Source: a virus
Length of the DNA stretch: 64,000 bases
IMG/VR virus record: IMGVR_UViG_3300025896_001356
Coordinates: 1-64,000 of that record
Direction: 5' to 3' (one strand)
The notes beneath the pieces were generated by a model that was not told the origin of the DNA, ran no database searches, and saw only the letters and a program-made list of their open reading frames with translations. Positions within the stretch are counted from its first letter, which is position 1; each line of letters begins with the position of its first letter. Positions 1-10,178 of the stretch are shown piece by piece. The translations under genes were made by a program, and so were the position numbers.

Positions 1-155
1 AGCGAATTAGCTTTTGGGGCGATCGCAGTGCTCTTATTGGTCAATTGGTTGAAGTAAGAGCTGACGCTATTACACAGAATCAAGACGGCACTTACAGTTT
101 GCGCTTTCCACGCTTCAAAGGCTTCCGTGGCTTTGTAGCAGGCGAGAAACTATGA
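1..155 (+). CDS. lig: ATP-dependent DNA ligase, C-terminal OB-fold end (5'-truncated by the window)
   Basis: Frame from nt 3 reads RISFWGDRSALIGQLVEVRADAITQNQDGTYSLRFPRFKGFRGFVAGEKL*. SLRFPRF is ligase motif VI. Confidence 0.85.
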   Translation, partial: RISFWGDRSALIGQLVEVRADAITQNQDGTYSLRFPRFKGFRGFVAGEKL

Positions 156-397
156 TCATGAACGAAACATTGATTCGACAGCTTGTGGAGCAAAATGAAC
201 GCATTGCAAATCTGTACAACATTGGTCCGGTACAACGTGCAGAAGTAGAACAATTTGTTGAATCGATTGTTAAAGAAGCAATCGAGAAGATTGAATCTAA
301 CTATGTGGCAATGGTCGGAACTTATCCAGGTGCTCACAATTCAGCAATCAGGAAATGTGTAGTTACTGTGAAAGAGCACTTTGGCGTAGAAGAATAA
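152..397 (+). CDS. hypothetical protein
   Basis: 81-aa ORF with ATGA overlap on the ligase stop. Confidence 0.7.
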   Translation: MIMNETLIRQLVEQNERIANLYNIGPVQRAEVEQFVESIVKEAIEKIESNYVAMVGTYPGAHNSAIRKCVVTVKEHFGVEE

Positions 398-398
398 T

Positions 399-662
399 AT
401 GTTTAATTTTGACTTATCATTGCGTAATCCATTTAGCAAACGCTTCAAGCTATTATCTGGTAAAAGTGGTACCTTGCTTTCAAACAAAGCATGGGAAGCC
501 AATGTATATGCAACTAACACAATTGTTAAATTTAGCATTGCCATTACCACAAGATCTGATCACGCTGGCCTAAACATTTATATTGGCCTTATTGGGTTTG
601 AATACGAATTTCATTTTTACGATACTCGACACTGGTGCTATAAAACCGACAGCTGGGAGTAA
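399..662 (+). CDS. hypothetical protein
   Basis: 87-aa ORF tightly packed after the previous gene. Confidence 0.7.
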   Translation: MFNFDLSLRNPFSKRFKLLSGKSGTLLSNKAWEANVYATNTIVKFSIAITTRSDHAGLNIYIGLIGFEYEFHFYDTRHWCYKTDSWE

Positions 663-718
663 GTTCGAGTAGCTGTCTGCATTAGGTATGCATATATACA
701 CAAAACAGGAATATTATC

Positions 719-883
719 ATGTCAAAGGTAGTTGTAGAATTTTACAAGATTGTTGACGGTGCAATTGCACCTGTCCAAGTCCGAACCGAAGAATGTTACG
801 ATGAAATTGAAGCTGATACATTAGTCGAACAAGAATGCCATATGTACGATATGGTTAAGATCGTTCCTGCAAACTCTAAATAA
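719..883 (+). CDS. small hypothetical protein (54 aa, not in the ORF track)
   Basis: MSKVVVEFYKIVDGAIAPVQVRTEECYDEIEADTLVEQECHMYDMVKIVPANSK*, with an AGGA RBS upstream. Confidence 0.65.
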   Translation: MSKVVVEFYKIVDGAIAPVQVRTEECYDEIEADTLVEQECHMYDMVKIVPANSK

Positions 884-889
884 ATTATC

Positions 890-1249
890 ATGCTACTATA
901 CGAAGCTGCTCTCATATTGCTTTTGATTAAGCATTGGTATATTGATTTTGTAATGCAAACTCCTCGCATGGTAGAGGAAAAAGGCCAGTACGGTAAGTGG
1001 TACGGCATCTTGCATAGCTTGCAACATGGTATCGCTACCTTTGCTATTTTTGCATTAGGTGGCCTGCAACTTGCTGCAATCCTTGCAGTAATTGACTTTG
1101 TTACACACTATCATATTGACTGGATTAAAATGAACTATGGTAACAGAGATATTACAACTCCGCAGTTCTGGAATCATCTTGGCATGGATCAGCTGGCACA
1201 TCAGTTAGTTTATATCACAATCGTTTCTGTCTTTGTTCGCCTGGCATGA
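890..1249 (+). CDS. DUF3307-like membrane protein
   Basis: Conserved-looking His/Asp pattern KHWYIDF..Q, LHSLQH, HYHIDWIK, GMDQLAH, with hydrophobic helices. Confidence 0.75.
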   Translation: MLLYEAALILLLIKHWYIDFVMQTPRMVEEKGQYGKWYGILHSLQHGIATFAIFALGGLQLAAILAVIDFVTHYHIDWIKMNYGNRDITTPQFWNHLGMDQLAHQLVYITIVSVFVRLA

Positions 1250-1273
1250 TAAGTAAAGTGAAAATTACACAAG

Positions 1274-2932
1274 TTGCCAATGAATATATTTGAAAAAGCA
1301 TTACAAAAACAAACCCCAATACCAGTTGCAAAAAAAGAAATCAAGTTAAGCCCGCGTAAGAATTACGGGTATACTGAATACTTTCAAAAAGCAGAGGTTA
1401 TGCGAGATCGCCTCGGAGAAGTTAGCACCAGCATGTGCCTGGCCAAGTGGTTGCAAGTTAGTATCAATTTGGCCAATGGAACTACGCAAAGTTGTTACCA
1501 TCCGCCAGTACACGCAATTCCACTATTAGAGTTACAGGCCAACCCCAGCGCATTACATAATACAAAATTTAAGAAAGCTGAACGAGCATTGATGCTGGAT
1601 GGCAAACGGCCAAGTGGCTGCGACTATTGCTGGAAGGTCGAAGATGCAGTAACAGAATATGATTCGAGTCATCTATCCGATCGTCATTATAAGTCAAGCG
1701 AGTTTTGGGCAGAACCTTATCTCGAAGAAGTAGTAAGCCAGCCAGCAGACTTTAATATCGTCCCTCGCTACGTTGAAGTAAATTTTAATCAAGCATGCAA
1801 TTTTAAGTGCATGTATTGCAGCCCGCATATTAGTTCAGCTTGGCAAGATGAGATTGAAGAACACGGCCCTTACAAATTAGAGCATACTGAACACAATAAT
1901 CTAAAATCATTGAAAGCTGCTGGGTATATGCCCATTGTTGCAGCCAGTAAAGATAATCCATATGTAACAGCATTTTGGAAATGGTGGCCAACAATTTATC
2001 GCAACTTGCGGGTATTCCGTATGACCGGTGGTGAGCCATTGATGGATAAGAATACCTTTAAGGTACTTGACTATGTAAATGAAAATCCGCACGGACAGTT
2101 GGAACTCAGTATAACCAGCAATATGTGCCCGCCTGATCAAAAGCTATTGGACAAGTTTATCAAACAAGTACAGGCACTTGAAGTAATTCGCACATACGAA
2201 GATAAAGACAACTTTAATGAGTTCTCAGGCAACAACTGGTATGTTGACAAAGGCTTCAAGCACTTTTGGTTATATGTAAGCGTAGACTCTGTTGGTGCGC
2301 AGGCAGAGTACATGCGTACAGGTCTTGACTACAATCGCATGATGGATAATGTACGAAGGTTTCTAAACGAAACACGGTATACTACTGTTAGCTTTATCAA
2401 TACATTCAACATTCTGTCCATTCCAGGTCTGAAGCAGTATTTGCAAATGGTATTGGATTTGCGTAAAGAGTTTGGCAGTGATGCACAGACAGAATTTGAA
2501 ATTGCTCCAGTTTCAACAGAACATGAAATCGCAAACGGCATTGAGCATAAGCAATATAAACAGAAAAAGTTCCAGCGTATATTTTTGGATATACCGTTAC
2601 TAAAGTTCCCATCCTGGTTTGATTCACAGAATGCAGGGCAGTGGGGAATAGATATTGTAGAAGATTGCGTTAAGTTTATGGAAGAAAATGTGCAAGCGAA
2701 GGATTATCATCTAACGTTCGAAGGCTTTAAACCGCACGAGATCCTTAAACTAAAACGCAATTTGACTATTATGAAAGAAACTGCGGCAATTGAAACTCTT
2801 GATGCAAATAAGCGCAAGTTTGCACAGTTTATCGAAGAATACGATCATCGTAGAGACACCAAGTTTGAAACAGTATTTCCCGAGATGGTGGAATACTACG
2901 ACGAGTGTAAGTCGTTAAATAACAGATATTAA
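1274..2932 (+). CDS. N-terminal twitch-domain radical SAM protein #1 (type A)
   Basis: N-terminal CLAKW..SCYHPP..CDYCW; rSAM motif CNFKCMYC; TGGEPL. Confidence 0.9.
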   Translation: MPMNIFEKALQKQTPIPVAKKEIKLSPRKNYGYTEYFQKAEVMRDRLGEVSTSMCLAKWLQVSINLANGTTQSCYHPPVHAIPLLELQANPSALHNTKFKKAERALMLDGKRPSGCDYCWKVEDAVTEYDSSHLSDRHYKSSEFWAEPYLEEVVSQPADFNIVPRYVEVNFNQACNFKCMYCSPHISSAWQDEIEEHGPYKLEHTEHNNLKSLKAAGYMPIVAASKDNPYVTAFWKWWPTIYRNLRVFRMTGGEPLMDKNTFKVLDYVNENPHGQLELSITSNMCPPDQKLLDKFIKQVQALEVIRTYEDKDNFNEFSGNNWYVDKGFKHFWLYVSVDSVGAQAEYMRTGLDYNRMMDNVRRFLNETRYTTVSFINTFNILSIPGLKQYLQMVLDLRKEFGSDAQTEFEIAPVSTEHEIANGIEHKQYKQKKFQRIFLDIPLLKFPSWFDSQNAGQWGIDIVEDCVKFMEENVQAKDYHLTFEGFKPHEILKLKRNLTIMKETAAIETLDANKRKFAQFIEEYDHRRDTKFETVFPEMVEYYDECKSLNNRY

Positions 2933-2945
2933 AAACAGGAATACT

Positions 2946-4481
2946 ATGCCAAAAAAACATAACGAAACATTTGCCCAATATAAAATTAGAATGGTTGACT
3001 CAACAAGCGATAGCTTTTGTGCAGCCAAGTGGCTCAACGCCACAATCTGGTTAGGCAATGGACAAACAACCAGCTGCCACCATCCATTGGGACATCAGAT
3101 TGATGCAGCTGAATTAGAAACTAACCCATCTGCAATTCACAATACTCCGCATAAGAAACTTATGCGCAAGATGATGCAAGAAGGTACACGTCCACAAGAG
3201 TGCGAGTACTGCTGGAAGATTGAAGATATTGGCCGTGAAAACATCAGCGATCGTGTTTACAAGACAGCCGTGTTCAAAGACGAAGATGTTATTGCAGCGG
3301 CAACTACACACTGGCAACATGACACAATGCTAAAGACATTGGAAGTATCGTTTGATCGTACTTGTAATTTCTCTTGCTCATACTGCAACCCATCGTTCAG
3401 TACCAGCTGGGTAAAGGACATCAAGAAGTTTGGCCCATATCGCAACATCAATGGTGATTCGCGTAGCCACTTCATCAATGCTGCTGACCATGCAATTCCT
3501 ATTGCAGATGAAACTAATCCGTACATCAAAGCATTTTGGCGCTGGTGGGATGAAGGACTATCTGACAGCTTAGATGAGATTCGTATCACAGGCGGCGAGC
3601 CACTTATGGCCCCAGGTGTATGGAAGCTGATGGATTGGTTCAAGAACAATCAAGAACGTTCTACTCGTCCAGACGGCAGCGTATTACGTTATGCCATCAA
3701 CAGTAACCTAGTGCCCAAAGATGACCTAATGGACAAGTTCATTGAGATGAGTAAGTTTGTGCCGCACATGGAAGTATACACCAGTAATGAAAGCGTTGGC
3801 GCACACAGCGAATACATTCGCGATGGTATGGTCTACAGCAAGTGGAAAGAGAATCTACATCGCTTGCACACAGAAGGCAATATTAAAAAGACACACATGA
3901 TGATGACCATCAACAGTTTGTGTCTTGCAAGTATTGTTGAATTCATGGACGAGATCTTAGAGTTTAAGCGCGAACACAAGACTGTATATCCCACAATGAG
4001 CTTGAACATTTTACGATTCCCGTCGTTCCAATCATGTGCTATGTTGCCAACCAGCATTCGTCAACTATACAAGAACAAGTTACAGACATGGTTAGATGAT
4101 CAGATTGCCCGGGATGAAAAAGTTGACTTTATGGGCAATGGCAACATGTGGCCTATCCTAACTCCAATTGAACGTGAACAGGTACAGCGCCTGATTGACT
4201 ATCTTGATGTTATTAAAACTCCGCACAAGAACGTTAAGGACATGGCACAGCAACACTTGGACTTTAAAAACTTCTATACACAATACGATGTGCGCCGTGG
4301 TAAAGACTTCTGTGCCACATTCCCCGAAGAGTTTGTAAACTGGTACAACAGTATTGAAACACCAGTACCGACACGTGACGAAATCCTGGCTGGGACTTAT
4401 AGCGATGAAACCGGAGGCATTCCCGATCATCCACCAGAAGATCCAAGTAAGGAAGAATTCTTTAACCCGGATCTACAATGA
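2946..4481 (+). CDS. N-terminal twitch-domain radical SAM protein #2 (type A)
   Basis: FCAAKW..SCHHP..CEYCW; CNFSCSYC; TGGEPL. Confidence 0.9.
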   Translation: MPKKHNETFAQYKIRMVDSTSDSFCAAKWLNATIWLGNGQTTSCHHPLGHQIDAAELETNPSAIHNTPHKKLMRKMMQEGTRPQECEYCWKIEDIGRENISDRVYKTAVFKDEDVIAAATTHWQHDTMLKTLEVSFDRTCNFSCSYCNPSFSTSWVKDIKKFGPYRNINGDSRSHFINAADHAIPIADETNPYIKAFWRWWDEGLSDSLDEIRITGGEPLMAPGVWKLMDWFKNNQERSTRPDGSVLRYAINSNLVPKDDLMDKFIEMSKFVPHMEVYTSNESVGAHSEYIRDGMVYSKWKENLHRLHTEGNIKKTHMMMTINSLCLASIVEFMDEILEFKREHKTVYPTMSLNILRFPSFQSCAMLPTSIRQLYKNKLQTWLDDQIARDEKVDFMGNGNMWPILTPIEREQVQRLIDYLDVIKTPHKNVKDMAQQHLDFKNFYTQYDVRRGKDFCATFPEEFVNWYNSIETPVPTRDEILAGTYSDETGGIPDHPPEDPSKEEFFNPDLQ

Positions 4482-5869
4482 GCAAAATAATCCCAATCTG
4501 GGGTGATAATGCTCGTGTACATGCAGATAGTCCTAATAAGACATTCTGCATGGCGCCCTGGCGCCACACTTACATTAGCCCACAAAGCGAACGCAGAATG
4601 TGTTGCGCAAGCCGTGAGGAACACTCATTCCAAAAGCAATACATCGATGCTACCAACGACAAAGCCTACGGCGAAGTTTCTGACAGCAAGACTGCATTAG
4701 CAGATTACAATCCAGTTTCTTTAAAAGAACATTGGAACAGTGATTACATGAAAGACATTCGCGTTAAGCTGATGGCTGGCGAAACTATTCCACAGTGTGA
4801 CGTATGCAACAATAATTTGCTTATGGAAGGTAGTTACCGCGGCTGGTTCACAGGTGTGCTATTCCGTGATCAAATTGAAGAAGCTTTCGCTAAAACTGAC
4901 GAGACTGGTTACACCACAATGGAGCCAGTTAGCTTTGACTATCGCTTCAGTAACCTATGCAACTTCAAATGCCGTATGTGTGGCGAACAGTTAAGCAGTA
5001 GCTGGGAAGTCGAAAAGAAAGTACACAAGCTCTGGACTCCAAAAGATCAACCGTTTATGGTGCCTGAAATTAAGAGTGCAATGCAAGACTTTCAAACTAC
5101 AGTGGTAGAACCAGAGTTTAAGGATGCAGTTACTCGTGGTATCATTGAGGAAATGTATTGGGTAGGCGGCGAGCCATTGATGTACGATATCCATTGGTGG
5201 ACACTTGAAGAAATGCTTCGTAATGGCAGTGCTGACAAGTGCTATATGCGTTATAACAGCAATCTAAGTCGTGTGCAGTTTGGAAATAAAAATCTGTTTG
5301 ATTACCTTCCCAAGTACAAAGACTGGATGATGTGCGCAAGTATAGACGGCACAGGTGACATTGTGGAATACATTCGTACAGGTATCAACTGGAACGAATG
5401 GCTTGCTAACTTCAAAGAAGGTGTCGGCTTACCAGGCGGGCAAGATAAGATGAAGTTAGATCTTACTATTACTGCCCCGGGTATGTTTTCTCTACGGGAC
5501 TTGTTTGATCTGAGTTTAGAACTCAATGTAGAGATCATTACTAAGATTACGTTTGCATTTCATGCTGACATTATGTGGACGCCAATGAGCTGGCCGCGTC
5601 ATATCTTAAATCGTCATATTGAAGAATTGATTGCATACATGAGACCATTGGCAGGATCAAAGCAACAAAGTCTTATCACAGCATTAGAGTCAATGCGTGA
5701 TAGTAGACAAACACACAAAGAAGCGTATCCAGATACATTTGCTACAGCAGCTAAGAATGGTAAAGGATGGGTTACGCAGTTAGAAACAATCCGCAAGGAT
5801 GTTAAAACAACTATGTCTTCTATCTACTCTGCTGATCCAGAGTTGCAGGCCTGGTGGGATAACATATGA
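4478..5869 (+). CDS. N-terminal twitch-domain radical SAM protein #3 (type B)
   Basis: FCMAPW..MCC..CDVC; CNFKCRMC; VGGEPL. Confidence 0.9.
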   Translation: MSKIIPIWGDNARVHADSPNKTFCMAPWRHTYISPQSERRMCCASREEHSFQKQYIDATNDKAYGEVSDSKTALADYNPVSLKEHWNSDYMKDIRVKLMAGETIPQCDVCNNNLLMEGSYRGWFTGVLFRDQIEEAFAKTDETGYTTMEPVSFDYRFSNLCNFKCRMCGEQLSSSWEVEKKVHKLWTPKDQPFMVPEIKSAMQDFQTTVVEPEFKDAVTRGIIEEMYWVGGEPLMYDIHWWTLEEMLRNGSADKCYMRYNSNLSRVQFGNKNLFDYLPKYKDWMMCASIDGTGDIVEYIRTGINWNEWLANFKEGVGLPGGQDKMKLDLTITAPGMFSLRDLFDLSLELNVEIITKITFAFHADIMWTPMSWPRHILNRHIEELIAYMRPLAGSKQQSLITALESMRDSRQTHKEAYPDTFATAAKNGKGWVTQLETIRKDVKTTMSSIYSADPELQAWWDNI

Positions 5870-7056
5870 GCAAGACATTATGTGTCTTGCCATGGATGCA
5901 CTTGGCAAGTCACCCCAATGGTGGCCAAAGCCTATGCTGCCGTAGCAATCATACAGATGCAGTCAGCTGGGCAATGAAACCTGGCACTACACTTCCTCAG
6001 ACATTTGAGGATGCTACATTGCTCGAGATGTCAAACAGCGAAACATTTGTAAGAGTGCGTGAGCAGATGATTGCTGGCGAACAGCCTGTAGAATGCGAAG
6101 GCTGCTGGAAGGATGAAGCAGCAGGTATTCCAAGCAAGCGAGAATATGAAAACCAACGTTGGCAACATATCATTCCCGAGCTTGAGCAAACAGCAGTACT
6201 AAGCAAACCAAACTATCGTTATGTGGAACTACGATTGGGCAATGTGTGCAACAATGCCTGCGTAACTTGCAATAGCTTTAGCAGCAGTAAATGGTATGCA
6301 GACGAAGTTAAGATCTCTAAGGACTTGCCTTGGTTTAAGTTGCGACCAATGGAAAACTTTAAGTGGCATGATCGCCCGGCGTTTTACGAAGAGCTTGCAA
6401 CATTAAGCAATGATGTAGAAGAAATATATATCAACGGTGGTGAGCCAACGCTTATCAAAGCACACTTTGGTTACCTTGAAAGTCTTATTAAGAGCGGTCA
6501 AGCTGCTAACGTACATCTTGTTTATAGTTTAAACATGATGGACATTCCTGACAAGCTAACAGCATTATGGGAACACTTTAAACGTGTCACTGTAAATTGT
6601 AGCGTGGACGATATTGGTGAACGCAATTTTTATATTCGTTGGCCAAGCGTATGGGAAGATACAGTTCGTAGTATAAGGAAATTAGATTCAATACACACAG
6701 TCGAGTGGCACGTGACGCAAACTGTAAGCATCTATAATATCTTTAGTGTAGATGAACTTGACGCATGGCTACGTAATAACTTTGACAAGTCAACTACACA
6801 TAATTATGTACTGTATCCCGAACATCTAAGTTTAGCTGCAATACCCAACAATGTCAAAGATCAATTGCGATGGAAGTATCAAAATTCGTTTAACGAAGAT
6901 AAACGCAACGAGCTGATGGCAAAGTTAGACATGCCGTATCGTCCAGAGCTAACTATACAAGCGAAGGAGTTTGTTGAAGCTCTTGATCGCAGCCGTAATT
7001 TAGATTATAAAAATTACGTACCTGAATTAGGAAAGATATTAAATGGAACAAGTTGA
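5866..7056 (+). CDS. N-terminal twitch-domain radical SAM protein #4 (type B)
   Basis: LCVLPWMH..LCC..CEGCW; CNNACVTC; NGGEPT. Confidence 0.9.
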   Translation: MSKTLCVLPWMHLASHPNGGQSLCCRSNHTDAVSWAMKPGTTLPQTFEDATLLEMSNSETFVRVREQMIAGEQPVECEGCWKDEAAGIPSKREYENQRWQHIIPELEQTAVLSKPNYRYVELRLGNVCNNACVTCNSFSSSKWYADEVKISKDLPWFKLRPMENFKWHDRPAFYEELATLSNDVEEIYINGGEPTLIKAHFGYLESLIKSGQAANVHLVYSLNMMDIPDKLTALWEHFKRVTVNCSVDDIGERNFYIRWPSVWEDTVRSIRKLDSIHTVEWHVTQTVSIYNIFSVDELDAWLRNNFDKSTTHNYVLYPEHLSLAAIPNNVKDQLRWKYQNSFNEDKRNELMAKLDMPYRPELTIQAKEFVEALDRSRNLDYKNYVPELGKILNGTS

Positions 7057-7654
7057 TAAAAATGATTACAACCAGGAGCCAATTTCGTGGCAACAGTATC
7101 TTGATGAGATTGGACCACTCTTCAGATTCTGTACAAATGCAACAGTATTAGAAATTGGGCCATATTATGGACATCATACTAAACTCATTGAGACTTTTGG
7201 TCCCGAAGCAATTACGTTAGTTGAAAACAATGCAGATGCAGTTAACGTATTACGTCAAAGATTCGAACATGAGATTATACATGCTGACATAAACGATTTT
7301 CTTAAAGTAAATCGACATTTTGATGTTGTAGTTTGTTGCGGAGTATTGTATCATTTGCATTCGCCTGTGCATCTATTGGAGTTAATTGTTAACATGTCAA
7401 CCCCAAAAATTGTAATATTAGAATCAGTTAATGTGTCAACTATTGAAATGACTGTTGAGCCTGACAATAACCCGGGTATGCGATACATTGACGAAAGTTG
7501 GAAATCAGCGAAGTGTAATATGGTGTTGCCATTTAATACAATTATTAGCATTATGAAAACACTTGGGTACAAACTTGCAGACCACCATATGCAAGGTTAT
7601 CCTAACATTATATCTAAACAAAACGTACAATCAGCAGTTTTTATACAACAATGA
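7043..7654 (+). CDS. class I SAM-dependent methyltransferase
   Basis: VLEIGPYYG (motif I), ITLVE, FDVVVCCGVLYHL. Confidence 0.85.
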   Translation: MEQVDKNDYNQEPISWQQYLDEIGPLFRFCTNATVLEIGPYYGHHTKLIETFGPEAITLVENNADAVNVLRQRFEHEIIHADINDFLKVNRHFDVVVCCGVLYHLHSPVHLLELIVNMSTPKIVILESVNVSTIEMTVEPDNNPGMRYIDESWKSAKCNMVLPFNTIISIMKTLGYKLADHHMQGYPNIISKQNVQSAVFIQQ

Positions 7655-8940
7655 CAATTACACAAATACCAATTCAGATTGATCATAGCTTCTGTGCAGC
7701 AAAGTGGCTTATGGTCACCATGCACTTTGGCATGGGCGAGAATCACTCTTGTTATCATCCTCCTATCCATCGTTGGGATTTAGATGATGTCAAAGCTAAC
7801 CCTGGTGCATTGCACAACAGCAAGCACAAGATTAAACAGCGTGAAATGATGCTGACTGGCATCCGTCCCAAGGAATGCAACTACTGCTGGAACATGGAAG
7901 ACATTGATTCCACAGCAGTAAGTGATCGTAAACGTTTTACCAACGAAACCTGGGCAATTGAACGTCGCCAAGAGATATTATCTGCGCCTGCTGACGCCTA
8001 CATTGGTCCAGCACACTTAGAAATATCATTTGCCAACGTATGCAACTTTGCCTGCGCCTACTGTAGTCCAGGTCAAAGTAGTACATGGGAAACGGAAATC
8101 CGTAAACACGGTTCATACCCAATTGAAGATGCGACTGTGCATAAGGATAAAATGCACGATATGATTCCTGAAGATAATAATCCGTACATTGATGCATTTT
8201 GGGAATGGTTGCCGTCGATCTATTCTGGCCTACGTTATCTACGTATTACAGGTGGCGAACCTTTGGCTACTCGTAACTTTATGAAGTTGTTGGACTACGT
8301 TGCAGAGAATCATAACCCTGATTTAACGTTAGTGGTAAACACTAACTTATGTGTGCCTGAAAAGAACTTAGATTTATTCTTTACCAAAGCAACTGCATTA
8401 CTTGAAGCCAAGACTATTAAAGGGCTTGAAGTTTATACCAGTATGGATACATGGGGACCACAAGCCGAGTACATTCGTGACGGATTAGATATTGAGAAGT
8501 GGGAAGCAACTGTTCGTAAGGTCAGTACCACGTTCGGAGTTCCGATTCGAGTCATGGTCACATTTGGATTGCTTAGTGTGTTTAACTTCCAAACCTTTGT
8601 TGAAAAGGTCATAGAAATGCGCTCACAAGGCATAGATATCATGTTTAATTGCTCCAGACTTGTAGATCCTAAGCAGTTTGACCTTAGAATATTGCCTGAC
8701 GAATGCGATCACTACTTTGATGCAGTAAATAATTTTATTGTGGATAATAATGACATTGTTAAGGTAGAAACTGAAACATGGGCAATGGTTTATCAGTTCT
8801 GGAAAGCCAGACACACTACAATGACAGTGATCGAACGTGATCATCGACGGGATCAGTTTGCCAAGTTCACAGCCGAATACGACAAACGTAGAACATTGAA
8901 CTTCAGCGCAACATTTCCGGAGTTGGCAGGATGGATTTAA
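7651..8940 (+). CDS. N-terminal twitch-domain radical SAM protein #5 (type A)
   Basis: FCAAKW..SCYHPP..CNYCW; CNFACAYC; TGGEPL. Confidence 0.9.
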   Translation: MTITQIPIQIDHSFCAAKWLMVTMHFGMGENHSCYHPPIHRWDLDDVKANPGALHNSKHKIKQREMMLTGIRPKECNYCWNMEDIDSTAVSDRKRFTNETWAIERRQEILSAPADAYIGPAHLEISFANVCNFACAYCSPGQSSTWETEIRKHGSYPIEDATVHKDKMHDMIPEDNNPYIDAFWEWLPSIYSGLRYLRITGGEPLATRNFMKLLDYVAENHNPDLTLVVNTNLCVPEKNLDLFFTKATALLEAKTIKGLEVYTSMDTWGPQAEYIRDGLDIEKWEATVRKVSTTFGVPIRVMVTFGLLSVFNFQTFVEKVIEMRSQGIDIMFNCSRLVDPKQFDLRILPDECDHYFDAVNNFIVDNNDIVKVETETWAMVYQFWKARHTTMTVIERDHRRDQFAKFTAEYDKRRTLNFSATFPELAGWI

Positions 8941-10178
8941 TTCATAATATGAATCAAGCACTTGAAGAATTAAAAAAATCAACAAGTCAAACTTTGTGTT
9001 TAGCAAAGTTTCACGAAGCTACTATCTGGCTATATAGTGGCCGCATTGCTAGTTGCCATCATACTCCTTTAGTACCATTGGGTGATAGTGTACTCACATT
9101 CTTTAATCCAACTGAAAAACGTAAGCAACAAGAATCAATGCTAGCTGGCAACAAGCCGTCTGAATGTTCATACTGCTGGAAATTAGAAGACAAGAATCTT
9201 ATCAGTGATAGATATAAAAAATCAATCAGCTTCAAATCTACACTGACTGCTGTTGAGTATTTGGATCCTACTTATAATTTTAAACCTAAGGCATTAGAAT
9301 TATCATTTCAGAATCTTTGCAATTTGGCCTGTAGCTATTGCAGTGCAGAATATAGTTCTAAGTGGGCAGATGATCTAACAAAAAACGGTAATTATACTAA
9401 GATTACAACTGACAAACGCTTGCATTATCAACGCGGAGTAGACAATCATACCCCAGTTGATATGACTTTATTTTGGGATTGGTTTAATACAGTCGCTGAT
9501 GGAATTGAATCGCTTCGTATTACTGGCGGCGAACCATTGCTCCATGAAGAAACATTTAAAATGCTTGATATCATGCAGGAAATCAATCCAAACATTGAGT
9601 TTGTAGTACATACAAATCTTTGTCAAAAACCTGTAATTATTAGTCGATTTGTTGATAAAATATCAAAGTTCAATAATGTGCGTGTAAACATAAGCAATGA
9701 AAGTGCAGGCGACGTAGCTGAATTTATACGTGATGGAATGAATTACAATGAATGGTTAGCGAATCTTAAAGTACTATCAAATAGCAACGCCAACCTAAGT
9801 GTCAGTACTACTATCACTGCATTAGCATTAACAAGTCTAGATCAACTATACACTGATGTCATTGCGATTCGCAATGCGGCTAACCAAAAAGTATACATTT
9901 CGATTAACTTTGCTACATATCCAGAATTCCAATCAATTAGTTGTCTGACTCAGGATGAATTGCAGTTTTATTATAATAAGTACATCGTGTTCTTTGATAA
10001 CATCAAGGATGATCTATTAGAGATTGAACACAGCCACATAATAAGACTATTAAAAATGATGCAATCGGATGAAGATGTAAATCAGCCAGTGCTTCGGAAA
10101 GATTTGAATTCTTTCTTTGAACAGTACTCTGTCAGACGTAATAAGGTTAACCTAATAGGAACAATTGGATTGAAATGA
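8931..10178 (+). CDS. N-terminal twitch-domain radical SAM protein #6 (type A)
   Basis: LCLAKF..SCHH..CSYCW; CNLACSYC; TGGEPL. Confidence 0.9.
   Translation: MDLIHNMNQALEELKKSTSQTLCLAKFHEATIWLYSGRIASCHHTPLVPLGDSVLTFFNPTEKRKQQESMLAGNKPSECSYCWKLEDKNLISDRYKKSISFKSTLTAVEYLDPTYNFKPKALELSFQNLCNLACSYCSAEYSSKWADDLTKNGNYTKITTDKRLHYQRGVDNHTPVDMTLFWDWFNTVADGIESLRITGGEPLLHEETFKMLDIMQEINPNIEFVVHTNLCQKPVIISRFVDKISKFNNVRVNISNESAGDVAEFIRDGMNYNEWLANLKVLSNSNANLSVSTTITALALTSLDQLYTDVIAIRNAANQKVYISINFATYPEFQSISCLTQDELQFYYNKYIVFFDNIKDDLLEIEHSHIIRLLKMMQSDEDVNQPVLRKDLNSFFEQYSVRRNKVNLIGTIGLK

Noticed and set aside
719-883. Possible RiPP precursor for the rSAM array
   Set aside because: No leader/core organisation or repeated core motif, no recognisable PqqD/RRE domain in the rSAMs, and no transporter or peptidase adjacent. 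Not fully excluded.
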